Made by a program: the position numbers and the translations under genes. From positions 1 to 63,637 of the forward strand of contig NIVC01004034.1 of NCBI GenBank assembly GCA_002269645.1: DNA of 63,637 nt, in the 5' to 3' direction. The notes under the pieces are model-generated. The model ran no database searches. It saw only the letters and a list, made by a program, of their open reading frames with translations, and was not told the origin of the DNA. Shown in pieces: positions 44,156-57,837 of the stretch. Every line of letters begins with the position of its first letter. Position 1 is the first letter of the stretch. This DNA is from Macrostomum lignano (taxonomy: Eukaryota).

Positions 44156-46285
44156 TAAGAAATCCACTAATTTACACATTGACAACTTTAATCCCGTGTA
44201 AAGTGACACATGCAGCGACGGATCACATAAAAAAATCATCTGCTGCAGATGGACGGCTTTAACAAGAGGCTTGTTCAAAGCTAACTAAGCCAAGTCAAAA
44301 CTACTAACTGAGAAGGCAAAAATAAGTTTAAAAGCACCGGGGTGGTGAGGAATTTTGCGACACCTGACAACTGGGGAATAGCAGATGCAATCATCCACAC
44401 GAGAACTCAAGATTATATCCTTAATTAAATCAATTGATACCAAGAGTATTTACCAGGCTTATTTTTGACAGCGTGTAACAGCAAAGTCAACTGACATTCC
44501 TGTGAACTAGCACAGCAAAGCATTGATCAAACTTTCTTACCCGACAGCTCGCCATGATTGAAATTCGTTGTGCGCATAGCGACAGAATCAAGCCTGTTGG
44601 TCCAGACTTGCCGACAGTGAGCGGTAGTCAAAACTGTACATAGGGTTGCCTACATTCTAAATTTGTATGACATTAGGGCTGAGATGATCGTTTGCTACAC
44701 ATCGCTAGTGACCCATGTGGCTACGCTCTGGCTGATACTAATGGACAAAAATTACAGCAGACAAGTATTGCCGAAGCAGTCTTCTACTGTGAGACAGTTG
44801 GACAGTCCTCCAATAACTATCAATGCAAAAAAGTTCCCAATATTTTGATTTCCCTCAGCACTTCGGGTGCTTCGTTAAGGACGCACGCCAATTTAGGACG
44901 GAAACGGTGACTTTAAGAATACTTTCAAGTCTTTTGTCATCACGAAGAGACCCAATAGCCTCTGAAACTCTTGCTCTCTCTAGGTCTGCGACCCCCTGTA
45001 CAAGTTCCCTGCCTTACCCAGTTTAAGGCGCGCCCCTGCACGGCACCAGACATAACTGCTCTGCGGCAGGGGTGCCCGCTTTGCACTCCTCAGTGGCACC
45101 GCGATTACAAAAGTATAAGGGATAATGCAAGTATCAGGATGCCAGCCACTTTGTGTTAATACGAAGTCATCTAAATAGCAAAACAGGGACCCGTGATACA
45201 AATAGAAAATAACTTTAAGCATTGGCTCTAGACAAGCCTTTTTACTAAAGCAGCAGAACCCGAGCTCTGAGCCTATAAAATTCTCAGACCTTGACCCAAA
45301 ACCATTAAAAAAGTCAAACGACTAAGCAGTCGAAGCCCAGTAAGTAAGCCCAAATGCGTCAGCATGATGTGCGCTGCGCTGTGGTAAGGAATGAAATTGG
45401 ACTTTAAGGACAAATAAAAATAAAACTAAGGATAAACTTTGAGAATCCTCAGCATTATCGTTTTACCCGCCAACTATGCACCTTAAACTTTATGGATAAA
45501 GGACAATCAATAACGCAGAGTTCGCTCAAATCGCAGCCCAGAATCGTTATTAACAACATTGGGGTCGCTTGTATTTCGAGTACAAATTAGTTATTGAACT
45601 TTTCAAGACAAATAGTTTAAAACAGAACATTTAGGCAGGACTAATGGGCCAGGGCGATAATTATTAGTACACTATATATACGAGTAGAAACAGTATGATA
45701 TAAGCATAAAGCCAACAAAAAACAGGTGAGTCAGTTCGAACATGCAGCATTTCTGCAAATTTAATTTCACAAATTAAGGATTCGACTGAACAATAAGTAC
45801 AGAAAAGCAACAGGGACGTTGAACTAATAATAAGGGTTACTAAATTTGCACACAGTATTTGTACGACTGCGATGACAGAAGGCTTAGGAAACAAACAATA
45901 GAAATTAGAGTAATATATGGGCAGTATTTCAATTCAAATCACTGGTATGCAAAGGGGGAGATTAAGCAAAGATTATCTAAAAGCTATTAAACTAATTGCA
46001 AAATTTTATAAAGATTATAATAACTTGATCCTCATGGCCTACTGCGTCCGAATCTAATAGTTAGTTAAAAAGACAAACCAAAGCTACAATCCTGCTTGTA
46101 GGACATACACCAATCCGTTTTTACAATTTAATCTGAGTTTAACCCTAACTGATGGGACCTAATTAACAAGAGCTTATGGGGGGCATAAGTTAAAAAGCGA
46201 ATATTTGCTGCATGAAAATGATAAATAGCATTTCATAATGCGAGTTTGCAGACAAAGCTGTCACAACTACCGGTACGCTTGCCCC

Positions 46286-48103
46286 TTAAAACCGAAAAGG
46301 ACGAGGTGGAGGTGCCGACTGTCCAAATCTGGAATTCGCCGGAGGCTGCAGCAGGCCCTGGTTGCTTACAGGCCTAGGAGTTCCAAAGGGTCTGATGCCT
46401 GGGCCGGCTGGCGCTGGATTGGCGTAGGGCTGGCCAAATTGCGGCCCGGGAGCAGAGCGGCCAGTCTGCTGTGAGTACTCCGGACCTCTGCTCATGTCGG
46501 ACCTATCAGCGCTGCCGGATTCAAACGAAGCATTGCGCCCGGGAACGTAGCCGCGGCCCACAGGTTGCATGGGTTCATCCATGCGCGGTCGTTTTATTTC
46601 GCCACCATGGGCGCTGTTCGAATCTAAGGAATTCCTTTTCCCAAAAGCAGCGTTCTGCTGTTGCTGCTGCTGTAGTTGAACGTCAGGTACGTTTCGTGAC
46701 TGACGCGGAAAAGTTGAATGCTGCTGGCCAATATTTGAAAAACCTGGAGCAGGCGCTCTTGAGGCTGGTGACGCAAAAGGGTTGCTTAGCTGCTGAGCAG
46801 ATCCAGCAATACCAATGGATGGCGTCGAACCGTATGGACGAACCTGCTTTTGCTGCTGGCCAGCTTGAGGCATGGACTGCTGCGGAGGATTGCTGGGAGT
46901 TGCAAAGCGAGGACCAGCTGACTGAGCAGGCGTGCTTGACTGAGGCTGAGTCGGTTTAGTGAAGTCGCTAGCAAACAAGCTCGGAATGTCTCCTTGCGAC
47001 CGATTTCCATGCCTAGCAGAGCCTCTTGCTGACGGACCAACTGATTTCTGATTCGATCCCGATCCAAAAGATGAGCTAGTGCTCTGTTTGGAATTTTGCA
47101 CATTGCCAGAAGCCTTGTTACCGGAGAAACTACCGGCTGGACTACCAGCAACATTCCTTTGCGTAGGAGTGGTTGAAGCACTCTTAGAGACAGGGGCATT
47201 CTTGTTTGCTGGACTAGCTTTGCTAGCCGAGCTGGGTGCGGCTGCAGAGCCAGACTGGGCCGCTTTGCTGCCAGCCGTTGCTGAGCTAGATGCGTCAGCA
47301 TTAGCTGCGTTGCTAGCTGCAGGTTGCTGCCCTTTGCCTAATAGCAGCGCCCCGCCAAGCAGCAAGTCCTTCTGCTTCATCCAGGGGAACATGCTGATAG
47401 GAATGAAAGTGGCGCCATCGTTCGCATCCCAGTACTTTTTGAAGTAAGAGTTGGCAATGCCAGAATTCAGTTCCCAAGAAACTGACAATGGTCGAGTTTT
47501 TGGAACGCCAGAAATAGCCTTGAATGCTTCAGATCGGCTCTTAAATGTTACTGCTGCTGTGTTTAAGAACGCCTTATAGTCGATGCGGGTCACTGTGCCA
47601 AATTCTTCTGCTCTCTCCTTCACCTTCTTTTCGCTCCAAAACTTTGGTATCTGCTTTATCATGATGGAGGTACTGCAAACAGCCACGTGACCATCTCTGG
47701 GCTTCGGGAGACCAAGCTCTTCAACGCTAGAGTCCCCAGACTTGCTTACGCCATTAGCTGCGTCTTTCGAAGCTGGGGTCCCCTGGGCGGTGGATGAACT
47801 TTGCTCGGCCTGCTTTGCTACTGGCTGCTTAGAGGACGAATCACTAGATGACTGTTGCTGTGATTGACTCTTAGCGTCAGGGGCGGTGGTTTCAGGCTTC
47901 TCAGCAGCTGTCGCTGAGGTGTCTTCACTACTAGCTTGGGCCATTTGAGCCCCCATCTGTCTAAAGGCATACTCATTCACGGTGCTAAAAAACTGATTAA
48001 CTTCTTTTAAGCCTGTAACTAAGGCATCGCCCTTAGATGACTTAATGCACTCAAGAACCTGGCTCAGAAGAGTTGGGATTTTTGTCGAATTGTCCGCTGC
48101 CAT
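46286..48103 (-). CDS. Intronless SCAF4/SCAF8-type RRM protein lacking a recognisable CID domain
   Basis: 605-aa ORF. STSIMIKQI...EEFGTV...AAVTF...EAFKAI...SVSWELNSGI...KKYWDANDGATFIP matches the SCAF4/8 RRM and its WD..G.T.IP extension; low-complexity S/Q/P tail; tttcag acceptor 4 nt before the ATG. Confidence 0.8.
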   Translation of the reverse strand: MAADNSTKIPTLLSQVLECIKSSKGDALVTGLKEVNQFFSTVNEYAFRQMGAQMAQASSEDTSATAAEKPETTAPDAKSQSQQQSSSDSSSKQPVAKQAEQSSSTAQGTPASKDAANGVSKSGDSSVEELGLPKPRDGHVAVCSTSIMIKQIPKFWSEKKVKERAEEFGTVTRIDYKAFLNTAAVTFKSRSEAFKAISGVPKTRPLSVSWELNSGIANSYFKKYWDANDGATFIPISMFPWMKQKDLLLGGALLLGKGQQPAASNAANADASSSATAGSKAAQSGSAAAPSSASKASPANKNAPVSKSASTTPTQRNVAGSPAGSFSGNKASGNVQNSKQSTSSSFGSGSNQKSVGPSARGSARHGNRSQGDIPSLFASDFTKPTQPQSSTPAQSAGPRFATPSNPPQQSMPQAGQQQKQVRPYGSTPSIGIAGSAQQLSNPFASPASRAPAPGFSNIGQQHSTFPRQSRNVPDVQLQQQQQQNAAFGKRNSLDSNSAHGGEIKRPRMDEPMQPVGRGYVPGRNASFESGSADRSDMSRGPEYSQQTGRSAPGPQFGQPYANPAPAGPGIRPFGTPRPVSNQGLLQPPANSRFGQSAPPPRPFRF

Positions 48104-49199
48104 GGGCTGAAATAAAGCAAGAAGGAAAAACTACTTTACTAAACTACTAACACATTATTTTAAACCCACTCCAGACCTAATGGATTACAATGATGCTTGC
48201 AATAGAATACAAATAAATTTCATAGACTAACTTCCTGGCCAATGAAAACAAAAGAAAATTAACTATAAAATTACACCCTTTCTTTCCAAATTTATTGCTG
48301 CATCTCAAGTTGAAGGCTTCAGTTTTTTGTAGGAAGGCAATCTAAATTTGAAAGAAAAAACTATATGCTTAATCATCTATTCGGGTCTCTTACAATCTTA
48401 GCCTCTCAAAGTAAGAAATTTCATCACCAATGATTACACTTTTAACAAGAGATTGGGGAATTAATGCAAGTTATTTCAACCCTATGTACTTTATAAAGCA
48501 ATCATACACTTTTGTAACTTAAAGTATATTTTTTCAAGATTCATTAATTTTTAGAAGATAGATTTTTAGTATATAGAGGTACATTTTACTTTTTGCTTTT
48601 GCTTTATAACCCTTAGATTGTGCATATTTGGGCATATTATAAAGGCTTGTCAATTTTTGCATGTAAAACAGACATAACCAAATGATGTCTCATTTAGAAG
48701 AGCATATCTCTCCAAACAAAACTATTTTTAAGTCTAATAAATGCTTCCAATCACTGCAATGCTGCTGAAATGAGTTCCACTAGCTGTGACAATCTGAAAC
48801 ACTATTAGAAGCTTGGCTTTATAGAATTTATGTAGCTTATGTAGTTTAGACCTTGGCTGCAATAGTGCTCTACAAGACAATACAATTGACTATTAATTTA
48901 TTGTCACTTTTCAAACTTTAATTTATAAATAAATAAGCTGTAAGACATACAGATTTTGAACTTGTGGAATTCCAATCCCTGGAAGTATTTTAGCATACAT
49001 TCTTAAATTTGAAGTCTTACTCAAACAAAAACTTATTAATAAAGTTAGGATAAGGTTTGAAAAAATAATGAATTTGTGCTAAAATAAAAATTTTAGGCAA
49101 GCATTGATCTTATCAGCTGGGATACCACATAGAATGAGTCTCTAAATGTGTCTATCTAAAGCAAATGTTGGCAAACTCTGGCTTTTGACTCTTTCTGTC

Positions 49200-49650
49200 T
49201 ATCTAGTTCTTTGAAACTTCTCTTCTCTCTCCTTTGTTTTCTTATCTCATCTATCATGTTGCCTTTTTTCTCTTCTTTCTTCTTTTCTCTCTTATCCTTC
49301 CTTTTTTATCTCATCTCAGAAGAGGTCATCTTTGCCTTTTCCTATCTACTCATTTTTCCCTCTCCTTTCTTCTCTCTTTTTCTTCTTTCTTTTCTTCCCT
49401 CTTCTTATATATATATATATTCCTTTATCTCCCTTCACTTTTATCTCTATTCTCATTTTTTTCTCTTTTCTCCTCTCTTCCCTCTCGTATCTTACCTTAT
49501 CTCTTCTCTTATCTCATCTCTCTCATCTTGCTTCTCCTCTCCCCTTCTTCTCCCTCCCTTTCTCTCATTGTCCTCACCCCCTTATTTCTCTTATCTTCTC
49601 TCTCTCTTTGAATCATCTATTCTTTTTTCTTTCTGTTCATCTATTTTTTA
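49200..49650. repeat. CT-rich low-complexity tract
   Basis: Polypyrimidine run; source of spurious F/S/L ORFs. Confidence 0.9.
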
Positions 49651-50899
49651 GCCATGAGCTAGATTCTTTAACTGGCCTTTGAGGTAAAAGTCTGCCTATC
49701 TCTGGTTGGAAAGCCAGTTTGTAGGACCTAGTACTCTCATGGTTGTTTTCATACTTTGATTATGTCATCTTTCTTGCCAATTTTTCTTGCCTTGAAAGGA
49801 ATTTGTGTATTTTCAGCTCCACTGCAGTCTGCATCAGTCTAACAAACAAGGAAATGCACATTTCTTAAGAGGCCATTCAAGTTTTTAAGTACCTTTAAGA
49901 GAAACTTAAAATTTCCATGGTATGACTAATTTAATAGGGTGGTATTGCATTGCATTGCCTTTTTATAAATATTTTGCTTTTACAAACCATGCTAAATTTC
50001 CTTGATTTGCAAAGTTTAATTGCTGCGGAGTTTACCTATAGAAGGCAATGGTTAGATTTTTCTCACTAAATAATTATGGCTCAATAGCCTCTCCATGAGG
50101 TGCATAGGCTATAAATAAAGTTATTCTAGAACATTCTACATTTGATATATATATTCAGCACTATGGCCTAACCCTTGGTCTGGCTTTAGGGGAATAAGTG
50201 GATGGCACAAACAACAGAAAAAGCAGACTAACTTAAAATGCTTATAGTTTCTATTCTGATTGAGTTACAAAGTTGAAACTTTACATTTAGACAAAGAATG
50301 TCAATGAAAAATTGTGAAGTTTGAAGTCTATTCTTTTATATGGAGCAAACTTGTAGCAGCCAAAAGTTAGCCAATTTTACAACCTTTTTTATACACCTAG
50401 GCCTAGATTGGAAAAGAGGCAAGTGGGCAAAGGTTGGGATGGTAGCTTTGCTAACAAAAAACAGCTAAGTTTTTGCACTACTAGGTAGGAAGACTTAATT
50501 TAGGAAATTTTACTAGCTATTTAGCCCCTTTCTAGGTGGCTTTTTAGCATTTAAGCATTGGTCTATAAGCAGTTTTATATAGTTGCTAAACAAATGACAC
50601 TAATCTCCAAGCAGTTCTGCAATAGCAAATCTTTAAGCAATTTATACTGAGACTAAAAAAATCTTAGAGGTATATTTTCAATGTTTATAACTTTGAAATG
50701 TAAATTAATTTATAGTTGTCTTATTGTTATTGATATTCTTTGTATAAGTTAGTCTAATTATGTATTATTATTAGTATTAAATTATTAGTTTTATGTATTA
50801 TATTACATTTTGCAATAATTGACAATAAACCTAGCACAAGGATTACTATTAGAGTTGCTTTACTCTCCCCAGTTTAGTACCACTGCTATCCTGATTAGT

Positions 50900-51190
50900 A
50901 CCACTCCTTCAGATAAGCTCTACTCCTTTAGATTAGCTCCATTCCTTCAGATGAGTTCTATTCCCCTAGATTAGCTCCACTTTTTTGGATTAGCTCTATT
51001 CCTTTAGATTAGTTCCACTCTTTCATATTAGTTCCACCCCTTCAGATTATTTCCACCCCCAGATTAGCTCCACTCCTTTAGATTAGCTCCACTCCTTTAG
51101 ATTAGCTCCACTCCTTTAGATTAGCTCTACTCCTTTAGATTAGCTCCACTCCTTTAGATTAGCTCCACTTTTTCAAATTAGCTCTATTCC
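50900..51190. repeat. 19-bp minisatellite (agattagctccactccttt)
   Basis: Tandem periodicity, degenerate at the edges. Confidence 0.9.
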
Positions 51191-54100
51191 CAAACTGCCA
51201 TTAGGCTATTATTATTGCCTCAGAAGTTGAAATTAACCAACCCTCAATTTGCAATTATCCCCACTGCAGCCTAAAATTATCCCCTTTAATCCCCTATAAT
51301 AGACTATAAACATACTCTTAGAAGCCTGCAATCATCTTCTTTTTAGTCTACAACTTTCATTAGCATTAAGTCTTTATCCCCTTAGTGGCCTAGAATTGTT
51401 CCTACAGCAAACTAAAAAATTTGTTTTGTAGTTGGCAGTTATCCTCCTAACTTGCATTTAATCCTCTATAGTTAAAAAATCCTTCAAAACTCTATAGTTA
51501 TTTATCCTCCACAGAAGTCTACCATTATCCTTTAAGTAGTCTGCAGTTACCTTTCCTCTAGCAGTTTGTAGCAATATATTCATAAATCTGGAAGTAGTCT
51601 CATTTATCTTTTTAGCAATCTGCTTAGCAGCAATTTCCTATAACATAGCATTTAGCAATGCCTTCAGCAGTTTAGCAGCAATTTTATACTTTCATAGAGC
51701 TAGGCAATACCCATTGATGTGATCAGTAATAATTAAGGTAGTTTTTTACAAATATAATTTTGCTTAGCAACTTGTGGCAATTAGCCAAAATAATTCATAA
51801 ACTCTGCTTAGCTAATTAATCAAAAAATGTTTCAGTTGGTTGAGGCATGAATAAATTCAATTTTAATTATCTACTAGAGTCAGGACTTGAACCTGGAACA
51901 TTTTGCTTAGCCTAATGCCTATAGTGCAGCTACTCTGCCTATTGATGGGAAGGAGATAAAATCAGCCATATATGCTTTGGCACTGCAATAAAATACATAA
52001 CAGTGATAGGCTGTTCAGTGTGCAAACAGAGCCAATGTACAGTTGCGTGAAATCTATAAATAGCTAAGAATTATCAATGTAGTCCATCAATTAATCAGGG
52101 TTAGAATATACACACAGCCACTGAGCATTATTTACCCTTGCACATGGCAGCTAGTTTTGAGGCCTATACTACATAGTAAAAAGAAAAGTTATGGCACAAT
52201 CTCAATTGGGATTGAATTCAGTCAGTCAAGATTTTGACCTTTTCTAGCTGCCTATTGAAAGCATTGGGAAAATTCATTTTTCAAATATTTAACCAAATAT
52301 TTATATTTATATTTAAAATATTTAAAATATCTTCCCATTTAGATTTTTCAATGCAATTTGATCTACACAATTTCATAGGAATTTGCAATTAAATAAAGCA
52401 AGTTTAAAAAAATTGGTTTAGGCATTCAGGCTATAGACTGAAATACTAGTCAGACAGACATAGCTTAGAGATTTAGTATATTGATGAATGATGATGAAGG
52501 TAGCCTATAACACATTCTGTGGTGAATTTAGAATGGATACAAAATTTGGTTGAACAGTTTGAGAGTCTATAGCAAAGTAATTTCTACATAGATAGACAGA
52601 CAGTAAACATGGATTTTTAGTTTTTTTAGGTATAGATAGATTAATATATTTCTAATTCTTTAAAGAGAGCCTAAAAATGCCTAACATGAGGCAAAGTATA
52701 TTGCTTATTAGAAGATGTTAATGCTTGCATTTTTACTACGCTTTAAGTAAATATAAATACAAAAGTTATAATAAACCTAAACTCTAAAATAAAAAAGTAT
52801 TAGCTATTAAATTTCATTTTAAGCTACACTAAAAAAACAACTAAGATATTTACAATTTAGAATAGGATAGGATTTAGACTAAGGAAGTCTAGAGTAGGGA
52901 GAAATGAAAAACTTTGGTGAGTTTATCTTATTTTTTGAAAACATTTCTTCAAGATAAACAGTATAAAGCTTTAAAATATTATATAAATATACATATTTTT
53001 ACTTTTAAAACTTATATACTAAGTATCAAATATAATAAATTATGAATATAAAAATATAGAAATAACTTAATTCATGAACCAAAATATATATATTTTTACA
53101 AGCTGTTGAAACCCGCTGATTTTGAACCCGGGGAACTCTATTCCCCAGAATTATTTTTTGCATGTATTCTAAAATCTGAGGTCAAACTCAAACAAAAACT
53201 TGTTTATAGTTAGGACAGAGTTAAACATAAAATAGAGTACATTCGTGTAAAATTAGGATTTGAGGCAAACATTTGTATTGTTGGCTGGAGTGCTGCATAG
53301 AATGTCAGGCAAACTTTAGTCTCTGCCTCTCCCTGTCCCTTGGATCCTTTGGAGCCCACGGGCAGAGGTTAGGGTGGCTATTTTTACAAACTGGCTGCAG
53401 CCCTAGTCAGAGTGGCCAAAGAAGATTGTTGTGGGTTAAAAAAAGCAGTTTTCTGCTTTTTTAGGGATGTTAAAATGTGAAAATTAAAAATTAAAATAGC
53501 CTAAAGCCTGCTCCGGAAAATTTGCAGTTTTCCCATATAAGTTTTGATGCTGACTTGGCAGAATTGTAGGAGTTCACTTGCTACATACATACAGACAGAC
53601 AAACATCGCGTCAGTTTTAGTATTAGGAGAGTTGAAATATTTGATAATTAATTTGGCTTTTTTAAAATATATAGTCAAATTTGATTTATTCAAAATTTAT
53701 TTCATTTTATTTCATTTAAAAATTTCAAATTTCAAGATTGCAATTACAAAGAATCTAGCAAATAGTTATCTAATAATTGTTAGGCCTATTATTTTATTAG
53801 ATTTACTTTTTTCAATATAAGTATATAGTTCTTGGTTTGCTTTGCCATTAGAAAAAGCCTAGGTTAGTTATAATAAAACTAAAATAAAATTGGTGGTTAT
53901 CTAATTTATCTTGCTTTTAATATAGTATAGGGCTTATTATATTATATGTTATAAGTTATATTATATTATATTATAATTATAGTGATGAATATAGAGATAT
54001 CAATAGACAGCAAAGAAATTTATTTTATTTTTAATAACACAATCAATATTTATAACATCATTATATAATCATAATTAGAATTACTTTACTATATATATTT

Positions 54101-55929
54101 CTACTATCAGTTCCAACTATCTACCAATATAGACAAAAAACAACTTTAATACAGTATTTAATATATTTAGACTATTATTTTAATTTAGGACTTTTCATAT
54201 TAACTTTATTTTATATAATATAGGCCTATTATAGAATTTTAAAGTTTTATTATAAAGATATTCAATTTATTTACTGCTTTACTACTATAGCCTATAGACC
54301 TAAACTATATTATAGCCAATGGCCATTATTATAAACTATGTTTAATGAAAATTGCAAATTGGTTATCAGCAATCTAATATTTTTATAAATAATGTGTTAC
54401 ATAAGAAAAAACTTAAAAAAGGGTATCTGGCATAGTTTTAACCTTGGCTATAATAGAGTAGAGAACCTTAATTTTTATGCATGTTTATATTTAATTTTTT
54501 ATTTGTTTTTCAAAAATGTTCACTTTTGATTAGTTCATTATTATTATTATCTTAATTAATTGTTAATAAATTTTTAACATTTATTTTTATTAAAGTTATA
54601 CATATGATTTAATAGCTTTTTCAATATAACATAGTTACTTGATATAAGGAATATTAGTAATATTAAAACCTTATCTCTTATTATACACCAAGACTAAAAC
54701 AAGAAATATAATAATAAAAATATTATTAAATTTACACCTTTATACCTATACATATAACTTAGGGCTATATTATTCCAAATTTAGCCACTAGTATCCTAAC
54801 AACACAATATATATAAGGCATTGCTCAATTTTAAGGGACTAAAGAGCTCCCCTTGCATTAGTTATCTGTTACTGAAGAACCTGTTACCAAAAGCAAAATG
54901 ACCTGCAACTGCAATTATTTGCTTTTGCACTTGCCTTATAGTACAGAGTTACAGAATACTTTCTTTTAAAATAATGAAAATTATATACTGTGCTTATACA
55001 TGAAATTAATAATTACTACTAATAAGTTATGATCAAATGAATCATTACTTAGGGCCTAGGCCTACATTACAAAAAAGAAACGTCACTGCAAATGTTTGAA
55101 TATAGCTTTCTGCAAAATCAGTTTATTAGGCCTATTAAATCCAAAAGTGATGTAACTTTTCGCAAACATTCAAACATCGATACATATATTTTTAGAGTAA
55201 GTGAACGACGTAACCAGTTTCCATCCAACAAAATACGCGGGAGTAGTCACCCTATAGCGTAAGCTAGAATGATACAACTAAATAAAAAACACCAATTGAA
55301 TTAGTTCGTGAATAGTGGACAGCAAGCACTACAAATTTTTGTCGTTAAAACAAACTATACTAACAATGCGAATTAATCAGCCACCATACAATATTTGTAA
55401 TAGGTTATAAATATTAAAATCAGTACTTTTTATTTTTTATACTTTAATAACATTGGCACATTACCGTTAACGATCCTAAAAGAGTTGTCCACCTAACGAT
55501 AACGTATTAGTATAAGTCTGACTGAGTATATCCGTACTGCACTGTGCGGAATAGGACGACTTAAGTATAGTTTATTAAGTGGTTTTTCTTAAGTATAGCC
55601 CTTGTGGAACGATCCTGAATATTTTTGCGGGTTGGCCAACCTTAAGACAAATTGAATTTCATGTGTCTATTACTAAGCGCCCTCTAAAAATATTTATCAT
55701 CATAGCTCGTATCAACTAAATAATAAAGTTCTTTGTTAAAATGCTAAAATGATGTAGCGAAAAATTGCCCGCAATGCTCTCTTTGCTCACCTCTGGATCC
55801 GCCACTGTGACCGCGCAGGCAAACTTTTTTGTGGTCTTATGCAATATTGTTAATCCCTTAAAAACAAAAACAACATGGACTAACCAATTGATATAGGATG
55901 CTGTCAAAAAGAACAGCGAGTCCGCGAGG

Positions 55930-56950
55930 GTCAGAGAACTCAGCGTCTCTTAGAAGCAGCCAGGTCTAGCAGTCGTTGAGTTCCTTAAGCTGAGAGCTAG
56001 ACAGCTTGTGCAGCGCTTGGTTTGTCCGCGTACGCTAGGACGGAGAGTCGCTTCTCGGGGTGTCGTCTGCAATTTTCTACGACGTCCAGAGCAAAAATCC
56101 GTTGGGAGTTGTCAGGGAGGCCAGTGTGCAGTACCAGTCCCAGGACCAAGGACGAACAGAAATGAATGGGGCCAAGTAGGTATCCCCTTGGATAACGCGC
56201 TGAAAGACGTGTCGAAAAAGTCGGAATTAGGCCATCCAACTGCCGCCTTAGTCGATCCTGGTACAGAGCGATCATCTCACAGCCGTCACCAGATGTTCAG
56301 GTACACTGTACGTGATACACGCGGAGGATATTCGCCCCTCCTCGACACTGAGTCAAAGGCCTTCGACAGGAAGTCCACAAAGATGCAGATGATGGTCGAC
56401 TGGTGGATCCAGCGGGTCCGCGGGTCCAGCACCGGCTGCAGCCGCTACAGCAGAACCCTGTTCAACAACTTGCGTGAGCCGTGCAGGACATCAGTTATAG
56501 TGAGATCCTGAGATACTCTTCGATCTTGACGGAGCCTGGTTTCTTTGGGATCCCGACGATATGCGCAGTCCGCTCCCAGCTAGCACGCAGTTCATCACGA
56601 TCGCGTGACTCCCAACGCGACCTTCTGCGGGAAGCGCAGCACCTAGACGAACACATTTTCGGGCCCAGTAGCCTTGTTGTCTGGCGTCTTCTTTGTAAGT
56701 TGGAACACCGATCGTCGATGGTGATGGGGCTGGTGTTAAAAGAGCTGTCCTCTGCATATCAGCGCAGCCTCTCCATGGGCAATGACATATCGTCCCTTTG
56801 CGGCCGCGGAGGTACGTTGACGATACCAGAGGAAGAAGGTCCGCAGCTCGTTTCGCCTCTTCGTGCGCGGGCACCCGCCAGGTTCAGAGCTGAGGACATG
56901 CAGGGAAAACAGGGTGGGAACAGGAACAGAGAGCAAAAAAAGGTGAGCTG
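55930..56950 (-). mobile_element. Degenerate RTE-like LINE reverse transcriptase
   Basis: TAHIVGIPKKPG, KLLNRVLL.RLQPVLDP, IFVDF(L)SKAFDSVSR and RRHPEKRLSVLAYAD, with frameshifts and stops. Confidence 0.8.
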
Positions 56951-57837
56951 TGCACCAGCGGCAGCTGGCGACAGCTCAGAGCTAGGGCACGGGACCTGCT
57001 GACTAGTGAGACACCAAACAGTAGTTCTAATACCCCAAATAAAAAATTTCGACTAAAATTTGACTAAAAGTCATCTTGTGCAAGCTTCGAAGATGACTTT
57101 TAGTCAATAATTTTTATTGTACATGTTACAATAAGCGGAGCCACTACATTGTACATGATTGTACATGTTGTGGCTCCACTACAAAATTAAAAGATAAAGC
57201 TGTGTGCAATCATGTGATGATCATAAAATATTTTCCTGATAATTGCATCAAATTGTCAATCAAGCATTATATTCTTGCTAGTGTATTTTTTTATCGAAAA
57301 CCAGCCTTATAATAGTGGCTCCCTTCCTGAAAATGCGATTGTCGTGTCCTTTTTTAGTACGTACGTCATCCTTGAATCAAAACTTGCGGCAAAAACTGAA
57401 TCTGCAGCCTTCTACGGTAGTATAAAACTAACTTCAGGAAACGGTTCATCGCTGTGAAGAATGTGAATAAATGTCCCACAAAATGCTTCTGTTTTTATTT
57501 TTTCTATTTTTTCGAAAGTCAAAACTTTGACTGATGTGTCCAATGTCCAATTGACGAACTGCACACCGGAAAACTAATACTAGCCAAACAACGTTTAGAT
57601 TTTTTTCTTGCAAAAGGTTTTGTAAAATTTCTGCTCGGATGCTTTAAGGATAAAGCATAATATTTATTAAAAATATGCTCATAAAATATACTCGTGAGGT
57701 ATGTGCATAATGTAAAACTAATGTACATAGACATTCCGAACGTTGTCTATCGATCCATTAATGTCAGTCAACGTTTTCGTGTAAAAGCAATTATCTAACC
57801 AGACAAAAGGCGCCAGGCTTCAGATTGAATCTTTAAT

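Larger units (their letters stand above)
48150..55070. other. AT-rich, strongly CpG-depleted block containing decayed repeats
   Basis: About ten CG dinucleotides seen by eye in ~7 kb; CG resumes abruptly at ~55080. Confidence 0.8.

Noticed and set aside
49211-49682. Hydrophobic ORFs as membrane proteins
   Set aside because: They are translations of a CT-rich low-complexity tract.
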